NCBI GenBank assembly: GCA_951406725.2
Contig: OX597820.1
Coordinates: forward strand, 93,806,001-93,870,000
Direction of reading: 5' to 3'
Source of the DNA: Octopus vulgaris
Lineage: Eukaryota
DNA: 64,000 nucleotides
Part shown: one piece after another, positions 39,510-53,524 of the stretch
Numbering within the stretch: the stretch's first letter is position 1
How the letters are laid out: the number at the start of each line of letters is the position of its first letter
Made by a program: the position numbers and the translations under genes
Notes under the pieces: generated by a model
The model's input: the letters and a program-made list of their open reading frames with translations, nothing else
Databases searched by the model: none
Told to the model about the DNA's origin: nothing

Positions 39510-39985
39510 GAACACCCTATAAAGGTCTTTTAATTGAACGAATCAACCTCAGTGGTTCTTTTTCAAATTATTTATTCCATCGATCACTTTTACCGAACTA
39601 CCAAGTTACGTAAACAAAACCAACACCGGTTGTTAAGCAGTTGTGGGCTGAAAGTAACACACACACACACCCTATGTTATTGATAATACCTAGTAAAACG
39701 TGCTTCTTTTCCACTCACCAAATTGAATGAAGTTTTGGCCAAGAAGAACTGTTGCCATCAGACGACATCCAACGAATAACCAGTGTTTCGACTCTGACAC
39801 GTAACACCGTCCCCTTGGTGGTACAGCAACGGAGGTCAAAATCACGTCTCATCTTTCGGTTATCGTCTATCAAATCCACTCAAAAAGCCTCGATCTACCC
39901 TTAGAAGACACTTGCCAAGGTAGTACGCAGTGTGACTGAACCCAGAACCATGTAGTTGAGAAGCAAACTTCTTACCACACAGCTA
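39510..39985 (-). mobile_element. SINE family A, diverged, with ~185-bp internal insertion
   Basis: Head at 39920-39985 and 3' part at 39510-39670 flank unrelated sequence that carries a hammerhead-like fragment. Confidence 0.6.
39775..39853 (-). ncRNA. 5'-truncated hammerhead-like fragment
   Basis: Minus strand GATGAG-acgt-gattttgac...gtcagagtc-GAAAC-actg-GTT; the core CU and the 5' strand of stem I are missing. Confidence 0.35.
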
Positions 39986-40019
39986 CGATTTATTATTATT
40001 CATAATTATTATTATTATT

Positions 40020-40489
40020 GAGTGAGAGAGCAGTTCATGCCATCAAAGTGACACTGGGGTAAAATATACGAAGCCCAATATACCCATCATGACTACCCGT
40101 CTGATAAAGGTACACCAGGCACATGCATCACAACCATATGTGCGCGACATGGTGATCTCATATCAAGATAAACAGCACATGACCTTGCAGGTGGGGCCCA
40201 GTTAGAATTTTCTTCAGGTTGAGTAGCCCATCCCGCTCAAACGGTCCCTGAATAAGGGTTGTTTAAGGATGTTGAAAGAACCACCCATGTTTCCAGAGGT
40301 GAACTATTCAAACCCCAAAGAATCTCTCTCAACACATGGCTATGATGCTCCCCCACTACTTCTGCTCGTGATCAGAGATGCACATATCGTCAGCCACTAA
40401 GGGACATGCTCAACTGGTTAAGGTCAAACAACTGACAAGCAAATCTGTGGTATTGAGCAGAATATTTGCTGTAGCCCATCTTTTATACC
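40020..40489 (-). mobile_element. 470-bp non-coding retroposon inserted in (TAA)n
   Basis: Complex sequence with sharp boundaries and (att)n on both flanks; no credible ORF. Confidence 0.6.
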
Positions 40490-40721
40490 AATTATTATTA
40501 TTATTATTATTATTTATAGTTTTGCCATTTCTATATTCACTAATATGTTCAACATTTCATTTTTTCTCTTCATTTATCCAACTCCAGTTCTTCTTACACC
40601 CCGCCGTCTCTCTCTCTCTCTCTCTCTCTCCCCTTTTCCCCCTTATTCTCTTTGTTTTTATCCTCCCCTTCCTGCCATCTCAACTTATCTCTCTTAACTT
40701 CATCGTAGCGACGTGACCTTC

Positions 40722-40735
40722 GTTGCTATAGTGAC
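40722..40735. promoter_or_regulatory. RFX X-box-like motif
   Basis: gttgctatagtgac; the reverse strand GTCACT-AT-AGCAAC fits GTHNYY-AT-RRNAAC. Confidence 0.3.
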
Positions 40736-41197
40736 GTCTTATCAGCAAATTAGAAGTTTGATAAATTCTTGTCTGTCTTTGCTTCTCTCTCTCTCTCTTC
40801 TCTGGTTATTAACCAATTTCCACAAGCAATAACCCCCACCACAACTACCACCACAACCACTACCACAACTGGAATCAACACCCCGATATTAGCACAAACA
40901 TCATCTCCATTATTATCACTATCATCATCAACATCATCATTGTCATCAGATATTGTTTTGAAACCAGAAATAAACACGAGATTAACTCATCTGTACGTTT
41001 GGTCCACTTTTGATAAACACCGAATTATATACACTTGGTTCCATTCAGTGCAATCAGTTGCCCGTTGTTGAAACTAAAATGCTGTTGTTGTTGCTGTCGG
41101 TCGACTGTTTGGCAGAAGAAAAACAAACAAAATGGCCGATTTCTGTTTTGTACACAAATAAAGCGACCGATGTAAATGGAGTAAGCTTCATTTCCAG

Positions 41198-41258
41198 TTT
41201 CGAATCGAAGATGAAATCTATAGACATTGTCAACGCCACAAAAGACATTTACAAAAAG
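41198..41258 (+). CDS. Candidate exon (61 nt), FESKMKSIDIVNATKDIYKK; possibly an IMD/I-BAR N-terminus
   Basis: Acceptor cttcatttccag, donor AAG|gtatga, aagATG at 41211; loose resemblance to the first helix of IRSp53-family proteins. Confidence 0.4.
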
Positions 41259-41750
41259 GTATGAACGCCGCGAGTTCTTTTTAAGGCGGCGAGGTGGCAA
41301 AATCGTTAGCATGCCGGGGCAAAATGCTTAGTGGCATTTCGTCCTTCTTTACGTTCTGAGTTCAAATATCACCGAGGTCAACTTTACCTTTTATCCTTTC
41401 ATACTAAAAACAGAAGAAAAACAAATTCAAGGTAATTTTTTCTTAGGCGTGTCATTCAGAAAAAAAAAACTTGTGGGCCGCGTTTTGTCCATACAGATCG
41501 AGATAAATGATGTTTTCTCAACAACATGGGTGTAATTTTAATTGATTAAACTTATTGGCTCATTACATTTAGTAATATTAGCGCCAAAACTATGCAGCGT
41601 TAACACAACTCCAGGAATAATTGATATGCGCAATTTTTTTCTCTCTTAAGATGACACAGAAAGCGATGCGTGTGCATATGTATGCGTGCGTGTGTGCTTA
41701 CATATATATGCACATATATATGCTTTTATATATATATATATATATATATG

Positions 41751-41787
<37 letters not shown>

Positions 41788-42403
41788 TTACATACATATA
41801 TACATATATATGCTTACATACATATATAATTATATATACTTACATACATATGCTTACATGCATATGCTTACATACATGTGTGTGTATGTTTGTACGTATA
41901 TATATATAAAGAAAGTGTGAAAGAGATTAGGTTACTTCAATGAGTAGGTCATGCGACCTATGTAGAAGTCTCTCACACTCATTAACAGATGGTAACACGA
42001 GAGGACTGTGGGATCTTTTGCATTGCTAAACACCCACAGAATGTATACACTTCAAAAACACTAGCGCCACCTTACTAGGTCTCATTAATCCCCTTCAAAT
42101 TCTGTTGCGAGCGACCAACCATATGCAATCAACGAGCTATAAGGAATTAAATCTATCCCTTTTCCTGGCAATCTTTAACAACTGTGCCCTGTCTATGTCG
42201 TTGTCATCAAAGGGGATCTTTCCAACAGACATGAACATACTAGAAAATATAACATGCAACACATGTTTTGTGTGCCAAACTGCGTTTGCACCCCGAGTGG
42301 CCAACGCTTGCAAGATGTAATTGTTACAAGACGCTTGCAGCTTCAAGGAAAAGATATTCGTTTGAAGGCCAACGGTAACGAGTTGTCTGTAAGCGATCGA
42401 TTC

Positions 42404-42735
42404 ACTTTAAAAAGGGAAAACGTTTGTCTGATATTCACAACGAAGAGCAGCATAATTTGTGAGGTAACTAGCTGGGTTTCCGTATAACTTTAAAAAGGGA
42501 AAACGTTTGTCTGATATTCACAACGAAGAGCAGCATAATTTGTGAGGTAACTAGCTGGGTTTCCGTATAACTTTAAAAAGGGAAAACGTTTGTCTGATAT
42601 TCACAACGAAGAGCAGCATAATTTGTGAGGTAACTAGCTGGGTTTCCGTATAACTTTAAAAAGGGAAAACGTTTGTCTGATATTCACAACGAAGAACAGC
42701 ATAATTTGTGAGGTAACTAGCTGGTTTTCCGTATA
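42404..42735. repeat. 83-bp tandem repeat, 4 copies
   Basis: Unit starts at 42404, 42487, 42570 and 42653. Copies 1-3 are identical; copy 4 has two substitutions. Confidence 0.95.
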
Positions 42736-42866
42736 GAATAAGGACTGACTGGATTTACTTGCAAATCTATAAAATATTCAAACAGTTGATCTAATAATGA
42801 TCACTTCATTTGGATTTCTTCCAATTATCTCAGCTTAAAGAGAGAAAGAGAGATAAATAGACAGCA

Positions 42867-42910
<44 letters not shown>

Positions 42911-43300
42911 CAGTATGTATGTACACATATATACAAACATTTATGTATATATATGTATATATATATATGTATATGTATATATATGTATGTATATGTATAT
43001 ATATATGTATATATATGTATATGTATATATATATACATGTGTGTATATATATATGTGTATATATGTAAATATATATGTCTATATATATGTGTGAGTGTGT
43101 GTAAATATATATGTCTATATATATGTATATATATGTGTATATATATGTATATATATATAAATATATATGTATATATATGTATATATATATATAATATATG
43201 TATATATATGTGTGTGTATATATATATGTATGTATAGGAATATATATGTATATATATATGTATATATATATGCAGATATATGAATATATATATATATATG

Positions 43301-43365
<65 letters not shown>
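42867..43365. repeat. (TG)n/(TA)n low-complexity block
   Basis: Read directly; similar blocks at ~5155-5580, 16600-17460, 31500-31990, 54810-55430 and 55940-56420. Confidence 0.95.
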
Positions 43366-45361
43366 AAACGAGAATTTATATATAAGATAGAGAGAAAGAA
43401 AGAGAGACCTGTGTTGATTCCATAGAAAACACTTTCGAAATAACAAGGAATAAACAACAACAACATTGTTCGTACTTCGTTCGTCAGTGAAAGTCAGTTG
43501 CTTATAGACCAACATAATAAAGAATAGCAATAAATCAATAATTAGTAATCTATTAATATGTTTTTTATTTTCTTTTGTATTATTTTCATTATATTTAATA
43601 TTAATACTTTTTATTGTAAACAGTTTCCATTATTGGTTTCATTGGACGTGTTACAACACTGAATCTTGACAACAAAATAAATTTAAAAAAAGAAAACAAC
43701 CAAAGAATTGATAAACAGGCAAGTGAATAAACAGACAGGTGAGCTTTAAGATTGCATCAATCTTTAACTACACAACGCCAACAAAACAAGACATGAATTG
43801 TTTTCGTTATTCATCCGTTCTCTCTAAACGATGAAAGGAATTAGACAATATATTTTAATGTGCTACATTTGCAGTTTAACAAACAAAAAGGCACACACAT
43901 ATATGTGTGTGCGTATTTATTTCAAACACACCACGTACATCAGAAACAAAACCAAATTTCAAACAATAAACTATGTTTTCATCTGTTTTATATGTAAACA
44001 AAACCGATATTTTATGTACTCGTTGACAGTATGTCAGATGTAGACAACCGAGTCTGTAGTATACCAGTATAATATCTTAGTGTTCGTTTTTTTTTTTTTT
44101 TTTGTAGTATGCCCTAAAGTAGTGCTTTGTGCCTGTTTTGGATACTACATTGAACTCTGAACTATGCAGTCTGGCTACAAATGAGTATACTGTTGAAAAG
44201 TGAAAAGAGAAATGTGAGTACTATATAAATTGGTGAAAAGTTATTTATCCCCAGGTTAGTTCTAATTGAGTAGATATATAGTGGAAGACATTCCAGCAAT
44301 GACAATCCAATATTTTCCCAAATATAGTATCTCTCTTTGTCGTAGGTTTGTGACTAACTGTCGAATCAAGAAGTACTAACGCTACACATTTTAGGCTTCG
44401 ATCCCACGTTGAGCAGGTGTCTTCTATCATAACTTGAGTTTGGATAAATTCTTATGACTGAAATTGGGTCGACAGAGACTGTGCAGATGCCCTCAGAAGG
44501 ACAGCTTCTTCACTTCAGTCGAAAACTTAATCCGTCACCGGGCTTAACAGCTTCACCTGGCCTTTGAATGTTGGTAGCAAAGTAAACTGTGATACAAACA
44601 TTCGGACCATTTTTTCAGTTTTAAGAAAACTTCCCCTCTTCATCACAACAAACAGGGATGCTCTAGGAAGTTCATTTTTGGAAGCTGTTTTTCCTCTGAG
44701 TGAGTGATAAAATATCTATCAAAACCACCAGATGGATTTCAAGAAAGGTCCAGAGAATTTGGTCAAGTACTCAACATGAAATAGATCAGAACATGCAAAC
44801 TGATTGAACTACCCATGATGTTTGATGTATAACAGTCCGTTAGTCAATTCATCCATCCATCCTATAATAAACTCATTGTGTACAAGAATCAGTCGCCCGG
44901 TTTAAGACTGTTGCCTAACCTACCTAACATGTGAGCGTATTTAGCAGGGTTTACTTTATTGGAAACGTTCGAGTCATTATCCTAGTTTATTGATAACCCA
45001 TGAGCTGTGGCCAGCCTTGTTGCTGCTCTGCTTGACTTTTTCTTGTGAAAGAAATCCAATCAAATGCATTCTCAGAATATTTAAAGATAGATTTCCCTGA
45101 CGACGACGACGACGACTACAACATTCACAACGTGATGATATCAAGCATATTATCCAATGAGAAGATATGAATCTAAAACAGGAGGATAGGAGCAAATATG
45201 ATACACATTTAACACTAATATTGTGATATCTGAGACACAAATAAATGATAAATTTGATAAAATGAAGAGAAAAGCAGACATCAAGTTTCTCTCTCGAAAA
45301 GCGTGAAGCACGAATATCTTTAGTTGAGTAAAGAGATATTTCGATCTTTCAACCTTTACAA

Positions 45362-45432
<71 letters not shown>

Positions 45433-46007
45433 TACACACACTTACATATAAAGGCGTACACGCGATTCAAACAATCAAATTCAAATCAGTATAACCATAC
45501 ACGATCTCACACATACAAACACACATAAACACAGACATATGCACAACTGAAGTCTAGGTGAAGTATAGTGTAAAGTAACAATAAACTTGCTTTTCTTTAT
45601 GTGGAATTTTCCATATGAAACCTGTGGTATGTGTGTGTGTGTTTAAGTATATTTACGTGTATTTGTGTGTTAGTATATATAATAGTGTATGTGTATACAC
45701 ACACACACACACACCACACTCTATCTATACATACATACACACGCACATACATATACTTTTGTGTGTGCTTCTCTGTGAGAAAGCGCGCTTTTGTGTGTCA
45801 CCGCTTGGCAACCGGTGTAGGTTAATTTACGTCCTTGTAATTTAGTAAGTTGGCAAAGAGGGCTCGACAGAATAAGGGATTAGCCAATCAGATCCATTGA
45901 TTTGGTCGGCTGATCCATCGAAAGCGATGCCCCAGCATGACCGCTGTACACTGACTGACATTTGTTTTTGCAGTTTTAAACAGGCAACGCAGTTTTTAAT
46001 GTATACC

Positions 46008-46158
46008 TATTTCTTTATTACCCACAAGGGGCTAAACATAGAGGGGACAAACAAGGGCAGACATAGGTATTAAGTCGATTACATTGACCCCAGTGCGTAA
46101 CTGGTATTTAATTTATCGACCTTGAAAGGATGAAAGGCAAAGTCGACCTCGGCGGAAT
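46008..46158 (-). mobile_element. SINE family B, truncated tailed copy
   Basis: Tail abuts GGTATAC on the element strand; no long TSD is visible. Confidence 0.75.
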
Positions 46159-47460
46159 ACCGATCAGAGATACGTCTCTGGTTATCTTGTTGATTCCCTG
46201 TAACGAACGACGCTTTGGTTCCCTAGTTGCGGTACATACTAAATAAATAAAACAATTAAATAAATTAGATGAATACAGTCCATGTACTTAGTGTAGTTCT
46301 CTATTAATGACGTCATCAACATCACAATCTACACCAATATCTCAGTTCAGTCATTAAAAACCCCCACAATCACTGCAGTTTTCATTACCAGTCACCATCA
46401 CCACCACCACCACCACCACCATTATCACCACCACTACCACCACCACCACCTACAGTAACATAATTATAAATAATTGCCTTCATCACCACCGACAACAACA
46501 CCGTCATAAACAACTGTTACCACCACCACCACCAACACCACCACCACTACCATCACTGCCACCACCACCACCTCCATCTTCCCTACTACCACGAAACGCA
46601 CCCAGAATTTACCACAACCAGCAGAAACAACACCTCAATTGTTTAAACCGCTATAACTGCAGTTGTCATTACTCTCACCGCCACCACCAACAACACCAAC
46701 ACCACCACCACCACCACCACCACCACCACCAAAACAATTGTCTACCCCCTCCCTCCCGTCACAATCATCACAATCATCATTCTTGTCACCGCAAGCAATA
46801 TTATCATTATAGTTGCCACTACCACCACCACCACCGTCGCCACCACCACAACCACCGCCGCCAAGGCTTTAGTTGTGACAACCACATTTTACAGCAGTTG
46901 TCACCTCCTCACTCCCCCCCCCCCACCACATCTTCCCGCTGCATTCCGGTCTATTGTCAAACTGGTGACGCGCTGTTTGGAACCAATGGACCAAAAATGT
47001 AATTTCCTCCTCTTCCTCCTCCTCCTCCTCCCCCTTATTCTCCTCCTCTTCTTCCTACGACGACGTCGATTACGGCGATGATGACAATGATAATGATGAT
47101 GATGATGATGATGGTAAGAGCAATGAAGATGATTCCCTCCCAACAAACATCTTGAATCAACATCCTGCAATCCCTAAACTTCTCCAATCCCCTTGTAAGC
47201 AATCTTAGTAACAAACAACAAACAGATCCAACAACCGATCACCTCTACCTCACATTACCACGCTCCCCCCCCCCTATCAACACCACCACCAACACCACGA
47301 TCGCCGTCACCGCCGCCGCCGCCACCACGCATCAATAGTTAAAGCGTCAATAAGCTACCTCACTATCACCCACCCACCCCATTTACCCATGAAACCCCAC
47401 TATTAAGATTTTCAATTTTTCCCACAACCACAGCTGCTGCTACTGCAACAACAACAACAA

Positions 47461-47527
<67 letters not shown>

Positions 47528-48130
47528 CAAGGCATCTAGTATCAATGTATTCTCAATCTCTTTTAATATATATTTATATATATATATATATACACACTCC
47601 CGCTCGCTATCTATCTATCTATCTATCTATCTATCGACTTCTTTCAACACCCACCAGCACCAGCCCCATCGCCACTAGCATAAATTAGCAATAGTAGCCC
47701 CCATCATCATTATCATCACTACGACTACCATTAACACAACGACGACGACGACCACTACCACCACCACCACTACCACCACCAACAGCAACAACAACAACAG
47801 CACTACACACACGCACATACATGTATACGTTATACATATATACCTAATCTAATTATTGGTGTTCTTGCCGACTATTACCACATCTCTCTAATACAATCAC
47901 AGTTACCATTAAAGTTCCCACCACCCAACTTGACAACGATCACACCCCCACATCGCACCAATTCCACACAACACATAAACACACGCACGCGCGCGAAACA
48001 TCTATCCCTTCCCTCCACCACTACACACACCAAGTGCCCCTCTTTTTAAGGCAAACAAATAAAACGGAAGCAATAACAGGATAGGAAAATAATGCATGTA
48101 TGCATTACATGCACACACACACACACATAC

Positions 48131-48185
<55 letters not shown>

Positions 48186-48409
48186 TACATACACACATAT
48201 GTAGACACATACGTATTCACATACCTAGATGCCGAGTTACACAAGCATGCGCACGCAAATTCATATTATGCATTCATTTGCATTAAACACATTATATATT
48301 CATTCATATATTTCTCTGAAACCGCATTTACACATGAGCTACATAAATATTTATAAATACATGCATGCACACACGCATACACCTATGCAAAAACACACAC
48401 ACATATATG

Positions 48410-48477
48410 ATATGGGCGTCTTCTATTGTAGGCCGTGCCAATCATATGGGCGTCTTCTATTGTAGGCCGTGCCAATC
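48410..48477. repeat. 34-bp tandem duplication in a SINE A remnant
   Basis: atatgggcgtcttctattgtaggccgtgccaatc x2. Confidence 0.9.
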
Positions 48478-48569
48478 AATGCCTTACAAGTGAATTTGTA
48501 ACATTGAAATTGTGTAGAAGCCCGTCGTCTGGCGATTTGATTTCCATCTTTGGACCTTTCCCTTTCTCC

Positions 48570-48602
48570 TTTCCGACGAAGAGCCATGCTCGAAACGTCA
48601 AA
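48570..48602 (+). ncRNA. Minimal hammerhead-like motif with variant core (CCGACGA)
   Basis: ttt-CCGACGA-a-gagc-cat-gctc-GAAAC-GTC-aaa; ACGT palindrome in place of stem III. Confidence 0.55.
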
Positions 48603-48655
48603 CTCTGCTCCAGTATGGCCGCAGTCAAATGATTGAAACAAGTAAAAAGAATAAA

Positions 48656-48722
<67 letters not shown>

Positions 48723-51024
48723 TGTACATACACACAATGCACACACACCACAAAACACAAATTTATATCAACATGGTATTCCTGACAGCCATTGTCTTTA
48801 ACATCTTGGATGAATTAAATCGTCAGTGATCGTCATACTCATTTACAAGTTGACAGTCACCATGTATGTGCATGTGCCTTTTGTATGTATGACTGTATGC
48901 GTATGTATGTATGTGGATTAATTTTATAGGACTTGGTAGGAATGAATGAGATAATCTTTTCTACTCTGGGCACAAGGCCCGAAATTTTGGGGAAGGGAAC
49001 CAGTCGATTAGATCGACCCTAGTACACAGATCGGCCCCAGTACACAAATGGTACTTATTTTATCGACCTCGAAAGGATGAAAGGCAAAGTCAGGAATGAA
49101 TGAGATAATGTGAGATCATATTCATTCAGAATTGTGCACTAAACTTGAAAAGTAAATACGTTGCACAAACCATTATATATCTTTGGGTCATCACTGAATG
49201 TTTCGATCTCATGTATTATATCTGGTAGGACAAATCAATAAGCATCGACCAACTCCATTCTTGCTAATTGAAGACTGCAGATATAAAGATTAAGAGAGGT
49301 CAAAATGGCTCAAACGAGAATCGAGCTTATATCGCAAGTAGTTTACCACACCTCTCTGTATCATTGGCTTTAATAAAATAAACAAAGAACGAAGTTGATC
49401 TAGGTTTGTGAGAGTGTGTAACAAGGTGTGAGGGGGGGGTCAGATGGGATAGAAGAAAAATGAAAAAAGGAATAAGAAGCAGTGAGAGAAAGATAAAAAG
49501 AGGAAGAGGATTATGTGAATGGAGGGTTAAAAGTAAAACTAGAAGAATGAGGTGAAGGACGAGTTGGAATTAGAAGAAGAACTGATGAGAACATTCCTGA
49601 AGTTTTACTGCAACTAGACAGTTCCACAAGAGTACCATAACAGAATCTAAAAAAAAAAAAAATAATACCCCAAAATAATTCGTGATTGGGTGGTTATTGA
49701 GTGGGGTGTAGGAAACGATCACACGAACTAGAAAAGGCATAACTGGTTGGGGTGAAAGGGTTTGTAGGAAGAATATTGATTACTTCTACCCTTACAACCT
49801 CTCTCTCTCTCTCCCTTTCACTTTCGTTACTCTTCAACGTAAATCGATTACTGAACGTTAGTGGACTGTCTTCAGTAGCCAGTCTATCGATTTGGATAGG
49901 GTATAATTAAATCTAGCTATAGTTTCGTTGAAATGAGAGCCGACCGATCGACGCCGATGAAGACCGATCAAAGTCGAGAAAGATCGGAAGCGAGCGAAAT
50001 GGACCGATTGAAGTCGGTTGTTAGGTTTTGGTGGATTAATAAAGGTGGTGGGGTGGAGAAAAGAAATAAATTAAAGAAAGAAAAATAATCAGAAGGATTG
50101 TTGAGTTACATTTAGCAATCTTTTACGATCTCTAGTTGCCATGAACAAAGTATCATTTGCGAGGCGATAATATTTGGTTAACGACACAGATTAAAACTCA
50201 TCAAAACAAAGGAAAACAATACATAAATACATAATTAAAATTAAAATTAAATTAGAGTAAAACAACAACATTCTACCTTTTCATTGGCTTGCGATACAGT
50301 GCATACCCAAACTTTTTCCACTGACCATTGATCTGACCAGTACTGATCCTTATGAAAGTCTGAACTTCAACAAGGCCTGCTTGCAATTAGGTGGTGGTTA
50401 AGACGTTCGTATGCAACTATGTGATTACGGTTTCGATCTCACTGTCTGAAGTCTTGAGCAAATGTCTTCTAATGTGGCCTCAGGTTGACCATTATCTTGT
50501 GAATGGAATTTGATAAAAGGAAACTTGCGAGAAAGCAGTCGGTTCGGCAAATAGGGTGGAAAGAATAAGTACAGAGGGTGATTCGTTTGATTACACTCTT
50601 GAAAGCGGTGCTCCAGCATGACAACCGCTTCAGCAAATACGTCGAAAAAATAAGTACAGGGGCGACTTGATCGATTAAACTCCTGAAGATGGTGCTTCAG
50701 CAGGGCCGCAGTCCAGTGACTTAAATCAGTAAGAGAATCTCCTTTTAGACTTATAAGACAAATTGGGTGGTGTAAAATCCATGCCTATCCAAAAGGTATT
50801 TGCGACGTAAGTGAAACGAATAACATCTTGGATTAAACATGTTAATCCAATATTTTAGGATCAGTGGGAAGTTGCGACATTCATGCTTTTCTCGTAACAT
50901 CAACAGTACAAGTTAAACATACTTTTGGCACGTTATGGATTCAGGTCACCAATAATGATTTCAAGCTTCACAAAGAAAGCTTCTAAATTTCATCCTTTAT
51001 CTATCATGTGTATTATATGTGATA

Positions 51025-51235
51025 GACCACGCCACCGATGTTATCCAAAGGAAAGGCAAAGGCCAACACAGCTTGGCACCAGTGGCATCGCAACTCATTT
51101 CTACAGCTGAGTGGACTGGAGCAACGTGAAACAAAGTGTTTTGCTCAAGAACACAACACACAGGCCGGTCTGGGAATCGAACTCACTACCTCATAATTGT
51201 GAGCCCGACACTCTAACCACTTAGCCATGCGGCTC
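51025..51235 (-). mobile_element. tRNA-derived SINE with family C-like head and different tail
   Basis: Minus strand tggctaagtggttagagtgtcgggctc...gttcgattcccagaccgg...cacgttgctccagtccactca. Confidence 0.6.
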
Positions 51236-51672
51236 CAGTATTACATGTGATACACAGGACATGTTTCCCTGGAGTTCACGTGATGGGCATAAGCAAACAG
51301 CTTATTAAGTTTTCTAAGAACAAAAGTACCAGAACACCTAAAATGAAATGAAATAGCTTCTAACCAGGATTGGAAAACCTGCATCTAATTCTCATCTTAC
51401 TTTATGTGGTTAATACTTTTTGAGAGAGGAGGAGGAGGAATACGCTCGATAAAAAAAAAACACAATAAAAACAATCTTGCTTTTTCTAAGATGAATCAAT
51501 CGTTCAGCAACTAATAAGAATGTATATCGATCACTTCTATGATGTATGAACAATTCAACAGAAATTAGGCTGAGCAAATGTTTAACCAAAATACCGATAT
51601 ATCCGTGGCAGAAATGATATCTAGTTGGAGTCAAACGAAGGAAACTGCAAGAGGTTACTTGCATGCGCACGA

Positions 51673-51820
<148 letters not shown>

Positions 51821-53493
51821 GGCGAAGAAAGAAAGTTAAGCGAAATATATATTCATTTACTGTTGTTAATCTCCATGCCGGAAGAAATTCTCAGTGGCAT
51901 TTCTTCCGGCTTTACATTCTGATTTCAAATGCCGCCGACATCGACTTTACCTTTAATCCTTACGGCGTTGATAAAATAAGTATCAATTGAGCACTGGGGA
52001 TCGATGTAATCGACCAGCTCCTTCTCTTCCCCCAAATTGTAGGCTTTATTCGCCTAATTAGAAGGAATTTAAGTCTAGTCTAAACCGGAAAGGCACTACT
52101 TAAAACCGTTTCATGCTTTCCTTGACTGGATCCTTTTCCAATGTCATCAAATGCTGAGCATCGGCAAGGAATGCAACAACAGAAACAACAAAATATTCTT
52201 TTCTACTCTAGGTAGAAGGACTGAAATGCTTGGGGAGGGGTTGGCCAGTCGATTAGATCGACCCCGGTACGCAACTGGTACTTCATTTATCGACTCCTGA
52301 AAGATGAAAGGCAAAGTCAACATCGGCGGAATTTGAACTCAGAACGTAAAGACAGACGAAATAAGCAACAACAAAACATTGTTGTTGCTCTTGTGTTGCT
52401 ACTGTTGAGTTAAATACTGGGTTACGTTTACTTTCAACCTTCTATATCGTGAGTCAAAATCAAACCAGTGCCATATTAAACTTGCCTTTCATTATTTATA
52501 TATATATATACTTGTAATATAGGCTCCAAATTTAATATAATATAGGCTCTACAAGGCCAGCAATTCGGTGGCAGGAGTAAGTCGATTACACTGACTCCAG
52601 TGATCAACTGGTATTTATTTTATAGACACTGAAAGGATGAAAGGTAAAGTTGACATCAGAAGGATTTGAACTCAGAACGTAAAGATAAACGAAGTGCCGC
52701 TAAGTATTTTCCCCGGCGTGCTAACGATTCTCCCAGCTTGCCACCTTATGTACTAGTAATATAATAGGTTTAAACTATTACACTAGCAGCTATCTATAAA
52801 TACACATACAAACGCATTATAGAGAGCAATGACAAACTACAACCTCTCTTGTGCTGCAACTTCATAAGTGTGGAAGCTCTCATGCATCGTGTAGCACCCC
52901 ACCCCAACTAAAAATCACAAACATACACCTCTTTTTGAATCAAATTGAAAGCAACTGCATTCCACAAATAAAACTTAAGCTAATTAACTCATTATTTTGT
53001 TGTTTTTACATGAATCGCCACTCCATTATTACCTCATTTATTTTTACACGAATAGCTACCCCGTTATCGCCCCCATATTTCTTCAACACCCCCTTGGAAC
53101 TTTCCACAGCCCATTTTGGGAACTACTGATTTAAAACATGCAAATTTTGACCTTTTTTGTATGGCCTTAGTTGTTATTCAGTAACGGTAACCTTGACACA
53201 AAAACTTGCTGGCTTGTTATTCGTATTTTTGAAAGACATTCGTCAGTCCAGTGATCCAGTCACACATGCATACTTAAAAACGAGGCATAACACTGGCTTA
53301 CCGAAGAACCATATACACCCATTAAATGAATGCAAGAATATCAATACATGCATTCACGTATTCACAAATCACTGGAACAGTCTTGATTCAAACAAAGATG
53401 CCTTGTTACTTTGTTAGCTTGTTAGCGACCGGCTTGTGTAGAGCGAAAAACATAGATAAATCTCAAAGAACATACATACATATACGTAGTGAA

Positions 53494-53524
<31 letters not shown>

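Noticed and set aside
42404-42735. 83-bp array as CRISPR or retrozyme
   Set aside because: There are no unique spacers, and the unit has no hammerhead core.
31379-46971. Identical 15-mer tcaaactggtgacgc at 31379 and 46957
   Set aside because: A single 15-bp match is about what chance gives in 64 kb, and the flanks do not align.
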